In this document: piece by piece, positions 1 to 13,560 of the stretch
Layout of the letters: each line of letters opens with the position of its first letter
Position numbering within the stretch: position 1 is the first letter of the stretch
Assembly (NCBI RefSeq): GCF_009914755.1
Contig: NC_060932.1
Origin: the human T2T-CHM13v2.0 reference genome, Homo sapiens
Reading direction: 5' to 3' (one strand)
DNA length: 64,000 bases
Translations under genes and position numbers: made by a program
Notes under the pieces: generated by a model
The model's input: the letters and a program-made list of their open reading frames with translations, nothing else
Databases searched by the model: none
Told to the model about the DNA's origin: nothing

Positions 1-343
1 AAGCAAAACAAAACAAAAAACCATAGAATAGAAATAGATGGTTTTCTATTCAGTATTTTTTAACTCACTACAGCAATATTGTAAATTGATGCCTTATGCC
101 TTTTTATTCTTTCTTGCCAAATGGCTATAATATTTTGGCTTATCTTTTTTTTTTTACTTTGTTCCTTACTACTTTCATTCAACATTTATTAAGCAACAAG
201 TAGATTATCATCATTGATAGAACTGTCTGATTCCATCATAACATTATAATTCATTTTTCCTTGCTTCCTTTTGTAAGATATTAAAGTTTTATTCTTTAGA
301 AGGAAACAAAACCATATTTTACACTTGAAGATGTTTTAATAAC

Positions 344-661
344 TGTCTTAGTCTGTTTTGTTTTGCCATAATAGAACACCACAGACTGGATAATTGATAA
401 AGAAATTTATTTCTCACCTGCCTGGAGGCTGGGAAGCCTAATATCCGCCTCACCAGAAGGGAAAAGAAGTGTGAGAGAGGGAGAGGAAGGTGGTAGAACT
501 CATCCTTTAATGAGGAACCAACTCCCATGATAATGACATTAATCCATAGAGGGCAGAGCCTCAGGATCTAGTCACCTCTTAAAGATCACCTTTCAACACT
601 GCTGTGTTGGAGATTAAGCTTCCAGCACATTAACTTTGGGGGACACATTCAGACCATAGCA
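344..661 (-). mobile_element. MaLR solo LTR (MSTD/MLT1A-like)
   Basis: Ends tgtcttagtc... and ...cacattcagaccatagca; near 5-bp TSD ataac/ataat. Confidence 0.8.
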
Positions 662-1650
662 ATAATCTGTAACTTTCCATTTATTGAAGTACGTTTTGAA
701 GAATTAGAAGAGAGAAAGAAACAAAGCCTAAGAGAATAAAGTATTATTTCTTAGGATTTGTAAAGGAGAAAAACTCTGATGACTTATTCCTTGAATAATA
801 TTGTATTTATACAATTTCAAGAGAAACTGAAATCATATACTATTTCCATATTCTGATGATTATGATTAAATACTCAGGATAACACTCCTGGACACTTCTA
901 ATGCTTTTAGACTTTCTTCACATTATATAATGGGTTGGAAACATTCATAAATATTATAAATACTTTATAAATATTATAAATATAAAATAAATTGTCAGAA
1001 GCAGTTAACAAGGATTACCATTGGAAAAGGGTTGGGACAGGGTTTTTTTTTTTTAAATATGCCTTTTACAAAAAAAGAAATTTGTCAAAATCAAATATTG
1101 TTTTTACCATTATAGGGAGATAGATGTGAAGTGATAGAAAACTCCACCCTGAATTTTACTTATGAAGTACTAAAAAATTAATACTTCTATGTCAGGAAGT
1201 GAAAAATTCAATAACAAGACTGGTTTTTATAGTGCGGTAGTTTTCCAGAATGAGGAGTGTAGTGATCCTTTTTCCTTGGACAAGATTATCTGCCAACAGC
1301 CTGACAGGCTTGGTATGTAATCTCCAATACTTCTGCACCCTCCTTGTTACCTGTGTGAACCTTAGGTGAGCGTCTCTGTGCACCAGATGCAGGGGAACGG
1401 GGAGGCTGGGGCGTCCCTGACCGTCAGGCTACCTCAGGAGCAGTGGATGTGGTGCCCCACAGTGCAGCCCACAGAGTGGGGTTTCCTCGGTCTTGTCGCA
1501 AGCGTGTAGCCAGAAATCTGGTCCCCCACCTATTTCTTACTGCTTCCAGGAACTCCTCTGAGGCTGGGGGCCCCTGAGATGGGGTTGTGGTCCAGGGTCA
1601 CCACTTGAGTGGCTGGGAGAAGAAGAATGAAAGTTGGGGTCGGCGATTTC

Positions 1651-2050
<400 letters not shown>

Positions 2051-3506
2051 TAATTTCTTTGATGCGGTATTTTCCAATAATTAAAGCCTAACTTGGGGTA
2101 GAAAATGGTAGACTGGTCATTCCTACCAAAGCAAGTCAGTTGGTAAAATAAGATCCCTTTATTTAATTAAAAAATAAGTGTTAGAAAATACATATGATCT
2201 AATCTAAGTCTCCTAGTATTATGTATTTAAACCCAGAAAAGGTAGGTGTATGGTGAGCTGCTTATTTAGCCAATTCTTGGCAATATTTTTTGCCTTTAAA
2301 ATCTTTAGTTTCTCTGGGGATTTTTTTATGTAACATGAAACATTATTAAAAACAATTTGTTTTTTTAGATTTAAGAAATGCGAATAACACGGATTAAAGA
2401 AGGGTTGTTAATTTTGTAGGTCAGCATCTTTTAAAAAGTCATTTAAAATTTGTCCTTAAACTTCTTTGCTATGTTGTCTTCTCCCTCCCTGTGTTTCAGT
2501 TGAAGGGATACTGCCAGTGCCCACTCAGCGTGGGTCAGCTCTGATTTGGCCAGAGAGGTTTTGCTTCTGTTCCTTTTCTTATATCCCCTTTCCTCTGGGG
2601 TCAGGGGAGCTGACTCTGGATTATCTCCAGCTTCCCTCTGACCAATAAAACCACAAAGCCAACTAGTGTTCAGACTTTATTTTTCCCTCTGTTATATCCT
2701 TACCCACGTTTCAGTGCAGCAATGATATTTAGTATTGTTCTTTGTAGTCGTGAGCCAGAAGATTTTGCGTGAATACTGAGGCTGAACTATTCAAGTCAGG
2801 AAACAAACTGTGATACTAGTTTGTTCACTGTTAGAGGTAGGATTCCATGTCAGAAAATATCATAATTTCCAGTGACCATTTTAAGTTTGTATTAACGGAA
2901 CAGTAAAGAGTTCTTACTAGAATTTAATAATGCCAAGTTATTTGATAATTTTATTAAAAATAATGGTGGGACCTAGAAATAGAGGAAGGGGTACTTAATA
3001 CCATACCATACCTGTAAACTCTTTTGTGTGACATTCTTTGTCACACACTCAGCCCAGCTGCCTTGGACTCATTTCTCACTGCCCCCTTTCTGTGGCCCCC
3101 CACCTCCGTGTGCACAGCACGCAATATCTCCATGGGTCAAAGCCGTGGCTTTCATGGGATAAGCTGGGCACCAGGCCTAAGACATGCACTTTTATCTCTT
3201 AATGGTTTGTTTGTAACTATACTTCCAGTATCCTGTAGTTAATACAGTTAATTCCCCAAAATATAAGCAAATAAGAACTGCACAAAGAGCTACAAAGATG
3301 TATAGGGCATCCCTGAGCCATGCCCAGTAATTTAAAAATGTTACAACATGGCATCACAGAGTGCAGGAATAGCCCTCATCAGGCAGTGTTGGTTCTGGTC
3401 CAAACTTGGCCAGGGCTGAAGACCTATGTGGGTTACTTCATCTGCGCTGCAGTTTTTTTACTGACAAAGGGTGACTTTGTTAAACCTTGGGTTATTTCCA
3501 CTTTTT

Positions 3507-3703
3507 TTTTTTTTCTGGTCTGTACTTTTCTGCAGCTTATATATATTTTTTTTATTTTATTTTATTATTATTATACTTTAAGTTTTAGGATACATGTGCA
3601 CAATGTGCAGGTTAGTTACATATGTATACATGTGCCATGCTGGTGTGCTGCACCCATTAACTCGTCATTTAGCATTAGGTATATCTCCTAAAGCTATCCC
3701 TCC
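3507..3703 (-). mobile_element. 5'-truncated L1PA3/4-type 3' end with short 3' transduction
   Basis: L1 3'UTR antisense 3546-3703; extra 31 nt at 3515-3545 between two tails; TSD tatttccacttttt at 3493-3506 and 3704-3717. Confidence 0.9.
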
Positions 3704-4739
3704 TATTTCCACTTTTTAAATTTGGTATTGCTGTTTTCCCCTGCCTTGTCTGTTATTCCCATGTGAAAGTCTCTCTCAGAGTGCTTTTTACTTTGTGTCT
3801 TTTAACTTTTGTGTCTTTTGTGTCTGACACTGGTGAGCCTTCCCAGCACTGGTGCTCCCTGGTCTTCTGCACACCTTTCAGGAGAGGCACTTCACGGTAA
3901 TGGTCGCTCTGTGTTTTTGTTACTACATTACCTATTTTAATCCTTAAGCTAATTTCTCTTCTCCTTTTTCTTCTCTTCCCTACCCATTTGTTGAAATGCC
4001 ATGGGAAGATGGCAGCAAGACACAAACACCTCCTTGTATCTAGGGGTTATGAATTTGCCATGCTCCATTTGGACATGCCTTATTCTGGCTCATCATAGGT
4101 TTTGCCTGTTTCCACCCAACTTAGGATGAATTAGAAGTTGTTCATTAGAATGTCCTTTATCGATAGTCATTATGGCAGGGGCCGGATTGATGTTGGAGTT
4201 TAAGAATCAAGGATAAAGTGACAGTGGGGACGCGCTGGACTCTTGTCAGTTCATTAGTAAGCATATTTTCAACTCTCTGTGCTACAGAGATTCAGTATGT
4301 TGGCCTCATGGTAGAGAGGCCGGATGCCCACGTGCTCCTGGCATTCCACAGGATGGTTTAAAGGTGGGTTTAGGAAGATTATAGTGACCACCCATAATTA
4401 GTAACTTGCTATTTTAACATTGGATTCTTGCAGTTTTTCCCAACACATTTGTTTCTCAGTTGATGCCACATTTATAAAAATAGAAATACTTAAATATCTA
4501 ATTCTGTACTTTGTCATTAGCCATATGACCTTTTAAAAGTTGTTTTCAGTGTGATTACTGGACACCATTTTAATCCTATTTTCTGAGCCAAAATTATCAT
4601 CTATAGTTGTATGAAATAAGGTGTTTTAAATGAAGAAGTTTTCAAGAAAGAAGAACTCGTATTCTCGATACTCAGAGTGGAAGGCATGGCTGGTCATCAG
4701 TGTCAGTGTGTGTGTTGGGCGGTCCTGTATGTATCGCAT

Positions 4740-5113
4740 TGTCCCATCTCAGCTCAGGCTGCCATCACAAAATCCCACAGACTGTGACGTAAAGAGCAGA
4801 CAGTTCTTTCTCACAGTGCTGGAGGCTGGTAGCCAGGGTGCAGCATGGTGGAGTCCTGGTGAGAGCCCTTTTACTGGTTTTAGGCAGTCGCCTTCTTGCT
4901 GTGTGCTCACAGAGCCTTTCCCGTGTGTGTGCATGGAAAGAACAAGTCCTCCAGTCTCTTACAAGGAGACTAAGCCTGTCAGATCAGGCTACCCTTATGA
5001 CCTCATTTAACCTCAATTACTTCCTTGGAGCCCCCATCTCCAAATACAACCAGACTGAAGGTTAGGACTTCAACATAGGAATTTTGAGGGGACACCAACA
5101 TTCAATCTGTAAC
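4740..5113 (-). mobile_element. MaLR solo LTR (MLT1A-like)
   Basis: ctcaggctgccatcacaaaat...ctcacagtgctggaggctgg...gaggggacaccaacattcaatctgtaaca. Confidence 0.75.
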
Positions 5114-6199
5114 ACACCCCTGTTGTTTGGCTTAACTTCGCTTAGGGATCTGTTGCTTTTCTAGAGCCTTTGTATGCTTTATTCTCACGTGGAATTTCTT
5201 TTAAAATTGGACATTTCATTGCCCACTCACCTTCCGAACAAGCTATTCCTACGGAATGAGTCACAGCGACATGCCTAGTGGGAGGTGGGGTCACTGTGAC
5301 ACTGTGACCCTGGAGGCGGAGGTGCTCAGCTAGGCTTTGACTGCTCTCGTCACTGGGGATTGTGAAAACTTTTTGATCGCCTGGTCAGTCTTGTCTACTT
5401 TTTTGTTTTTGGGTTTTTTTTAAGAGTTGGGTTTCAGATTTCTGTTTCATGCTTAGAATAATTGTGGCTTTTGGAGAAGAATATTTTAAACTGGTGAAAA
5501 GGCAAAAAATGTGGAATCAAGAAGTGAAAGCACAATTGTTTACAGTTTAGTAAGCAGTTGTGGTAAAGAAATGTGTCTATTCATCATTGCCAGATGACTT
5601 AAAATTTTATGGGGGAGCATAAATTTTAAACAAAAATGAATTGTGCTCTTCATAGGATAAATGTGTGAATTTCTCCAGAATTTGTTTTTTTAGATATTAT
5701 AATCAGGATCTCCTGCTTACAGCTTTATGAATTTTATCCTGAAGTTATCTGTGAAATGAATCGATGGCATCTTATAAGATTTACTCAGAATTAAAATTTT
5801 GATTTACCAATCATTAATAACACAATCAATACTTTAACAGGTATTTACTTACTGAATACTTATGGGAGCATATCAGTGCTATGTGTTTGAGAATCACTGG
5901 TAAAATTAGGTGTAGTTGTAACTTCTCAAAAGAAAAAACAATATAAACAAGTAAATACAATTAAGTTTTTAGTGCATGTTAATGAAAAAATGGTACAATA
6001 CAGTGAATAGATAAAACGTCATTTGGATTTGATTTTGGAATGTTTTATTTGTTTTTCTCTTTGGAGCATCATTTGAGTCATAGTTTAATTTGTATTCTCT
6101 GGGTACACGCAAAGTGCAGTTGAGATGAAGGGGAGATGGGTCAGGAGCATCATGGTTAGCAGTGAAATCAAGACTGGAAACAGAGTCCCCCACATGCTT

Positions 6200-7200
6200 T
6201 ACATCAGTTTGTATTAGGAGTCATTCATTTCTTACATATTTATTGGTACTGATCCAGGTGCAACACAGAGTTCATGGTTTAATAGATGAAATTGTTTACT
6301 TTTTAAAATCAGAGGTATAAACAAGAAGTACAGTGATAACATAAAGAGAAATGATAAACTGCAGAGTGGAAAGGAGAGTCATGCCCAGGGAGAAACTCAC
6401 CAGGGAGACAGTGATGGAACTGTCTTAATGCACAATTGCTTATTTTTCACCTTGTCATAGAAATAATTTTAAATTGCTTGAAGGAAGCTACGGGATTTGA
6501 GGCTAGAGCAGTAAGAAGTAACAGGTAACAAAGGACTTTCCATACAATGGGAAGTAGTTTGGATTTAATCCAGTCAGGGTGGCTATCATTACATCTACAT
6601 TTAAGAATACCATTCAGGTGGGCCTTATGAAGAGTAGGTTGGAAGAATCAGGTACTAGACTGGGGAGGTCAGTTAGTGCCAGACTATTGTAGTAACTAAG
6701 AGGCATCTCAGTCTTAATGTATTAAAAATTTATGTCTTGATACCAGTATTCTCATACTACCTGCACCTCCCAGAAAAGAAATATTTGTCTAGAAATCTTT
6801 ACTGTCTCAGTAAATGTTAATTCTGTTCTTATTCTTGCTCAGGCCAAACCCACTGGAGTCATTCTTGTACTCTGTCTCATATTCACTCCTAGTCCATTAA
6901 CAAGTTGTATTGGCTCTACCTTCAAAGAATATCTAGAATCTGAGCATTTCTTACCTCTCCTGTCACTCCCTAGATCCCAGACACCATCATCCATCCTGGA
7001 TTGCTGCAGACCCTCCTAACTAGCTTCCCTACTTAATCCCTTGTCCTCTTCAGTCTGGTCTCAACACGGCTCATCATTTGACTTCCCTGCTGGCTTCCCA
7101 TCACACCCAGAGGAAACACCCTGGTTCACACATCTGAAGATAGAAGACCTGTTTCTTCCCTGCTTCATCATTCTGAACTGATTCGATCTTCTTTTTCCCT
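6200..7200. mobile_element. Two abutting L2 fragments in opposite orientation (about 6200-6697 minus, 6698-7200 plus)
   Basis: L2 motifs aggcatctca, ggagtcattcttg, tggctctaccttcaaa, cctggattgctgcag on +; reverse-type motifs upstream; boundaries approximate. Confidence 0.55.
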
Positions 7201-8369
7201 GCCCAGGCTCCAGCCGACCACATTTAGTCCTAGGCAGAACATGAATGGGCTGTTCTCTAAAAAGCTGTAGTGAACTTTTGGGGAAAGCTAAGACTACTAA
7301 TGGGTATGCTGGGGCCGCCAGAATGATAGTCCTTTTTCTTTTGGCATTTGGAAGGCCTAAATGATCGTAAGAATTATTACAGTCAAATCATTTGACCTAA
7401 GTCTGAGATATTCTCATTTAAATGCAATCCTAAGACCCTGGTCAGATATTGAATTTTGTTTATATAATTGTGCTAATGTAAATTTGTTGATTATTTGTTA
7501 ACTCTTGGAGTCAGACTATGGCTGGAGCATGGAGATTTGGCATAGGTTATAGGGTATACTGTGAACATTAACCTTGACAATGAAAGTGGAATTATGTTTA
7601 ATTAAAATTGTGTAGCATGTTGGGGAGGAAAAACGTAGAGCAGGGTATACACCCTTCTTCATTTTACAATGCTAGGAGCCCCAAAATGCTATGAGAAGTC
7701 AGTAAAATAGGGCATAGAGTTCGTTAAAGATACTAAACTTCACAAGTAACTAACAGAAACACCCCAAATAAAACCATTGTAGTAATGGATACATGTATTA
7801 TTTTTGGGGGAAAGCTATAAAATACTATTTCAAAAATAGTAAAATGTACACTGAATATATAGCATGGTAGTTTGGAGTGAGTGCAGCAAGATGAATTATT
7901 ATCATCACAGCTGGTGGTAACCAGTGTTAGAGTGTTTATTAAAGACAGAGGTCCTGTCCACATGGGAAGCAGATGGACTTTAAAACCCCCTGATGTCCAT
8001 TCCTGACCCCTGCTGCTTGCTCATGATTCTCTGTGTGTGTATGTGTGTGTGTCTGCACACTCACATGCATGCTGGGTGAGAGAGAGAGGGAAAAGGAACG
8101 GTGGACACTTGATGAATTGACCTGAAGAAGACAAAAGTACCAATTTCAGGGAATACTAGAACATATGTTTTAGAGCAAGATAACTGGGCAGGCTAGCCTT
8201 TTGGGATATCTCTGAAGATAAAGAGAGACAGAGCGATAATGTAGGAGGAAAATTCCAAATTACCATGGGGTCAGTGTTTGGAAAATGGACAACTTAACAT
8301 TAGTGGCAACAATTATGTTATGAAAAGTATTTCTGTTAGAAAGACTTACAGATGTTCCTGCCCTCTATT

Positions 8370-8504
8370 GGAGAATAATTTCAGTATCTCTCCCCTCATA
8401 CTAACTTGCTTCACGGAGAATAATTTCAGTATCTCTCCCCTCATACTAACTTGCTTCACGGAGAATAGTTTCAGTATCTCTCCCCTCATACTAACTTGCT
8501 TCAC
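8370..8504. repeat. Tandem repeat, 3 x 45 bp
   Basis: Unit ggagaataatttcagtatctctcccctcatactaacttgcttcac; one mismatch (8468). Confidence 0.98.
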
Positions 8505-8704
8505 TTTGTCCTTTCTTGTATAGTTATTTGTTATACTCATATATTAATTCAATATAACCTACTTAGGAAGACTTGAGTTGACGTGAGTATAATTGGACCC
8601 TGACTACCTGTATATTTCAACAACAACAAAAAAGGCATTTAACTCAGTAGTCACAGACATATTTTGTTATTCTATCATTTGCTCAATTTATTGTTTTGTG
8701 TTTC

Positions 8705-9050
8705 TTTTTTTCATTTTTTTTCTTTTTTTTGAGAGACAGGGTCTCACTCTGTGAGTCAGGTACTTGACTAGGGAGGCCAGTTAGTGCAGTGTTGTGATCA
8801 TAGCTGACTATAACCTCAAATTCCTGGGCTCAAGATAACCTCCTGCCTCAGCCTCTCAAGTAGCTGAAACTACAGTATACTCCACTGTGCCTGACTCATT
8901 TTTATATTTTTATTTTTGTAAAGCTGGGGGGTCTCACTGTGCTGCTCAGGCTGGTCTTGAACTCCTGGCCTCGAGCTCCTGGCCTCAAGCTGTCCTCCCG
9001 CCCTGGCTTCCCAAAGTGCCGGGGTTACAGGTGTGAGCCACCATGCTCAG
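8705..9050 (-). mobile_element. AluJ (diverged)
   Basis: Antisense dimer with J-type gatcatagctgac and ctcaag motifs; followed by (TG)n at 9066-9092. Confidence 0.9.
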
Positions 9051-9699
9051 TCATTTGCTCAGATCTGTGTGTGTGTGTGTGTGTGTGTGTGTGGCCTCTT
9101 GGTTGTTTAAAACAAAAGACTTTTCAAAGAGCAGTTAGCTGATTAAATAACGAATTCATGCAGTTATTCAGCAAATGTTGTTATTCTTGAAGTTGAATAC
9201 TGTCCATTTTTAACTAAGAATTATGTTTCATCTGCTAGGCATATGCATGGATAGAAATTACTAGATCTCTTGGTGTATCTTCTTCATTGAATCTTTCTGT
9301 TCCTGTTTCTTAATCGTTTAACATCTTTGCTATTGTATATTAGTATTTGTGGTCTCCATTTGATCTTTGTGGCACTTTCTCTTTGATGATTAGCACTTGA
9401 CAAGTTATCTTCTTTTTCAGTGCAAGTTCTGTTGAAACCCTCACTGTGTCCAGCCACAGCAATAGGCCTCAGAGTCCGTTTCTCAACCTGAAACATTGTC
9501 TGTCTGTGCATTTTAAACAAGCCCTATGTCTTAGCATAATGAAGTAGGGGGGAAACACCCCATCACTCACAATTTCCTATTCTTAACTGGCATTTATCTG
9601 AGAGACATTTTGGTCCTTGGCTTGTAAGGATATTTGATTACTGGGATTAGACCTGCCAGTCATCCTCTCTGTTCTTGAGAAAGTCACATGAGCAGCTAG

Positions 9700-9810
9700 C
9701 TTTATTTTTCAGTTTTCTCATCTGCCACAAAGGGAGATTAATATGTTCCTTACCTATTTCGTAGGGTTGTTGTGAATCGAGTATGAGAATGGCCTTGAAA
9801 ATGCCTTGAA
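9700..9810 (+). mobile_element. MIR fragment
   Basis: MIR core cagttttctcatctg...ccttacctatttcgtagggttgttgtgaat. Confidence 0.7.
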
Positions 9811-10108
9811 GAGCTGATGGCAGTGACAGTGGCTGCCATCCTTGCATGGCCAGGCACTTCGTGGTACATTTGCTGTGTTTGCACCTGTGATTGTAGTGCT
9901 CTTGGGGTAGCCGCTACTGTGTCCATTTAAAACGGAGGACACTCTTACAAGAGAGTTAAAGTATTTGGGGATTTTCAAGGGAAGGAATAGTTGCTTCTGG
10001 CTGGGATTCAGAAAACACTTCCTGGACAAGGTGATATTTTGGCTGTCTTGTAGCAGTTATGGAAAATGTTGCCTGGTAGCACTAAAATGGCCTTTTATGT
10101 ACTAGTCA

Positions 10109-10480
<372 letters not shown>

Positions 10481-10841
10481 GCTTGCCTCAAGCACATTTT
10501 TGGTATAAGTCGTCCCTTGCTTTTTTCTCTCTCAGACAAGGAGGAGCTTACCCTGCTTTTTTTTCTCCTGGGAAGGAAGGCCCTGGAGGATGTTTTGTAG
10601 AAAGAGCTTTAGAATGCTCAGTGTAAAGGGTAGCCCTGTCCCTGACCTAGTGTCACAGCCATGGGAGCGCCGCTCAGTATTGCTTCCAAGGCCTATTTAG
10701 TCACCACATGAGCTGCTGTGTGCAGCACTGCAGTGATAGCCAACATCATAAAATGTTATTTTACAAGTTATTTGGTGCTATAGATCTTGATCAAAATTCA
10801 TAGTTACTGGAATACTGTCAAGATTTATCATAGAAATCTTT

Positions 10842-11667
10842 TTTTTTTATACTTTAAGTTTTAGGGTACATGTGCACATTGTGCAGGTTAGTTACATATG
10901 TATACATGTGCCATGCTGGTGCGCTGCACCCGCTAACTCGTCATCTAGCATTAGGTATATTTCCCAATGCTATCCCTCCCCCTCCCCCCACCCCACCACA
11001 GTCCCCAGAGTGTGATATTCCCCTTCCTGTGTCCATGTGATCTCATCGTTCAATTCCCACCTGTGAGTGAGAATATGTGGTGTTTGGTTTTTTGTTCTTG
11101 CGATAGTTTACTGAGAATGATGCTTTCCAATTTCATCCATGTCCCTACAAAGGACATGAACTCATCATTTTTTATGGCTGCATAGTATTCCATGGTGTAT
11201 ATGTGCCACATTTTCTTAATCCAGTCTATCATTGTTGGACATTTGGGTTGGTTCCAAGTCTTTGCTATTGTGAATAATGCCGCAATAAAAAACAACCCCA
11301 TCAAAAAGTGGGCAAAGGACATGAACAGACACTTCTCAAAAGAAGACATTTATGCAGCCAAAAAACACATGAAAAAATGCTCATCATCACTGGCCATCAG
11401 AGAAATGCAAATCAAAACCACAATGAGATACCATCTCACACCAGTTAGAATGGCAGTCATTAAAAAGTCAGGAAACAACAGGTGCTGGAGAGGATGTGGA
11501 GAAATAGGAACACTTTTACACTGTTGGTGGGACTGTAAACTAGTTCAACCATTGTGGAAGTCAGTGTGGTGATTCCTCAGGGATCTAGAACTAGAAATAC
11601 CATTTGACCCAGCCATCCCATTACTGGATGTATACCCAAAGAACTCTAAATCATGCTGCTATAAAGT
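10842..11667 (-). mobile_element. 5'-truncated, 5'-inverted (twin-primed) L1PA2-like element
   Basis: 3' end antisense to about 11289 with young-L1 diagnostics (gtgcacattgtgcagg, ggtgcgctgcac, taactcgtcatctagc, i.e. non-Ta); inverted segment on + from about 11288 to 11666; TSD aatcttt at 10835-10841 and 11668-11674. Confidence 0.92.
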
Positions 11668-12799
11668 AATCTTTGAAGAAACTGTAGTCAGGCAGTATGA
11701 TGCATCTTAGGTACATAAGTATTTCTTCTGTAATACTATTTATGTATTTCTGTAATAGCCTGCATTTATAAAATCTGTCAGGGTCTATGGGGACTTGAGC
11801 TGCCCAAGACAAGAATTAGTTTCTGAAGAGAGCTTGTGCTGCTTGGGCAGGCAGCTGAGCATGGCTGGGGGCTGCCACAGTGCGCAGAACCAAGAGCCTG
11901 TGCTCAGCTGGCACACTTGAACTTGAGCAGACCCCTGGGTGCTTGAGAGCAGAAGTGGCCATGGAGCCCTGACAGCTGCTGCTGTCAGTGGGAGACAGGG
12001 GAGGTTTCAGGCCTGTGCATTGCTGGGAATGAGCCCTGAGTTGAGTATAGGTACAAGTTTTAAAAATTCTTAAATTATGTCTCAAAATGCTCCTGTGGCC
12101 GCTGTAGCTCCTCAATCTAGGGCTTTTCCCTTTGCTTCTGAAGACTCTAATTCTGTACACACTGCTCTGGCTGCCCTGCTGAGGAAAAAAAGCTTTGTGG
12201 ACTGAAGTGACTTCCACATTATCCTGATTTCTTTTCCAGTTTACCAATTGAAGATGAGCTACTTTTCATTAACAAAATGCCTGTTGTGGCGAAGCATCTG
12301 TGTGTTCACTTCTTAGTGCCTTTCTTTACAAGTTGGTTTCATTCCTCTGTTCCCTTCCCTAGAGTGACCAGCAGAAGCTCGTTATATGCTGCTTGTACAT
12401 TGTGCTTATTCATATCCTTCCCCCATTCTGTTTTCTTGCCTTAAGAAATAGTTGTCCAAGACAGTGCCCAGAAATAGTTGCCTTAAGAAATAGTTGTCCA
12501 AGACAGTGCTTAGGGGAGGCAAGGTGGCCCAGGGCCCAGTATATGGACATGTGTCATGGACACCTACATAAAGGAAGGGATGAAAAATTTGGGGTTGAAT
12601 GGGAAATGAATGAAAAAAAAGTGAGAGGGAGAAAGAAATAGATGATTAAAATCTTAGCACCGTCTAAATATTAATTTTTACTATTCACTATTAACCTAGT
12701 TGGCTGAAGTGGTAAAGAAACTCATATTAGTGAGTATCTGTTATTAACAAGGCAGTATGTTGTACCCTTCATTTTTGTTGTTCTCAGTTTATGTATTTT

Positions 12800-13390
12800 T
12801 TTATTTTTTTTAATTAAAAAGCACAGAGAATAATAGAAACACATAAGCATGCTCACTGCCTAGAATTAGTAACACATGTCAATCCTTTGTCTTTTTTTAG
12901 TTTCCCATAGTTTTATAATAGAAACAATATGACACATAAATTTGAAACCCTCTGGGTTCCCCTCCTGAGTCATACTCCTCTTTCTCTCTCCTTAGAGACA
13001 GTGGCTTTCATGACTTTTCTGTGAATCCTTCTATTTATGTTTTTATACTCATCTTGTATTCATAAACTATTGTATTGATTTCTGTGTTTTTTAAAATTAC
13101 ATTATAGGTGTCATACTCTGTATATCCTGTTTATCCCCTTTCATTTCTTGAGACCTCTCCATCTGATTCTTAGACGTCTACTTCACCTCATTTTAAGTGC
13201 CGTACAGTGTTCTGTTGTATGAACACACCATGGTTTACCCATCTTTCTGATTTATGCTGGGTGCAGTTTTCTACTCTTATAAACAACGCTGAGATGTGTA
13301 TCCTTGTTTAGGTATATTGGTGCATCTGACAGTTTCTGGGTACCTACCTAAGATTTCTGGGGTATAGGCTATGCACACTATCAACTTCAG
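12800..13390 (-). mobile_element. Old L1M (L1ME-like) 3' fragment
   Basis: Degenerate motifs ataaacaacgctg, gtatccttg, ttctggggtatagg; boundaries approximate. Confidence 0.5.
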
Positions 13391-13394
13391 TTAT

Positions 13395-13560
13395 CTCATT
13401 TAATCTGAACAAATGTTTCCTGGGGCAGGTGGCAGGATCTCCATTTTACACATAAGACAATTTAACAGTTGAATGCCATGGAACTTGGCCAACTTAATAA
13501 GGAAACCAGCACTTGAATCCAGATCAAATTCCACCCATTTCAATCTAGAGCTCTAATACC
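13395..13560 (-). mobile_element. MIR fragment
   Basis: atctcatttaatc...ccattttacac...cacttgaatccagatc. Confidence 0.55.

Noticed and set aside
947-985. AT-rich direct repeat ataaatattataaata
   Set aside because: Low-complexity slippage with no further structure.
1290-1620. GC-richer stretch with an acceptor-like site at about 1549
   Set aside because: No convincing donor or recognisable protein/repeat similarity; not CpG-island-like.
8278-8540. Repetitive-peptide ORFs or a CRISPR-like array
   Set aside because: Spacerless 45-bp tandem repeat in a eukaryotic intron.
11050-11572. Overlapping chimeric ORFs on both strands
   Set aside because: Artefact of the L1 inversion junction.
11816-12247. 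143-aa minus-strand ORF
   Set aside because: No recognisable similarity or splice structure; expected by chance.
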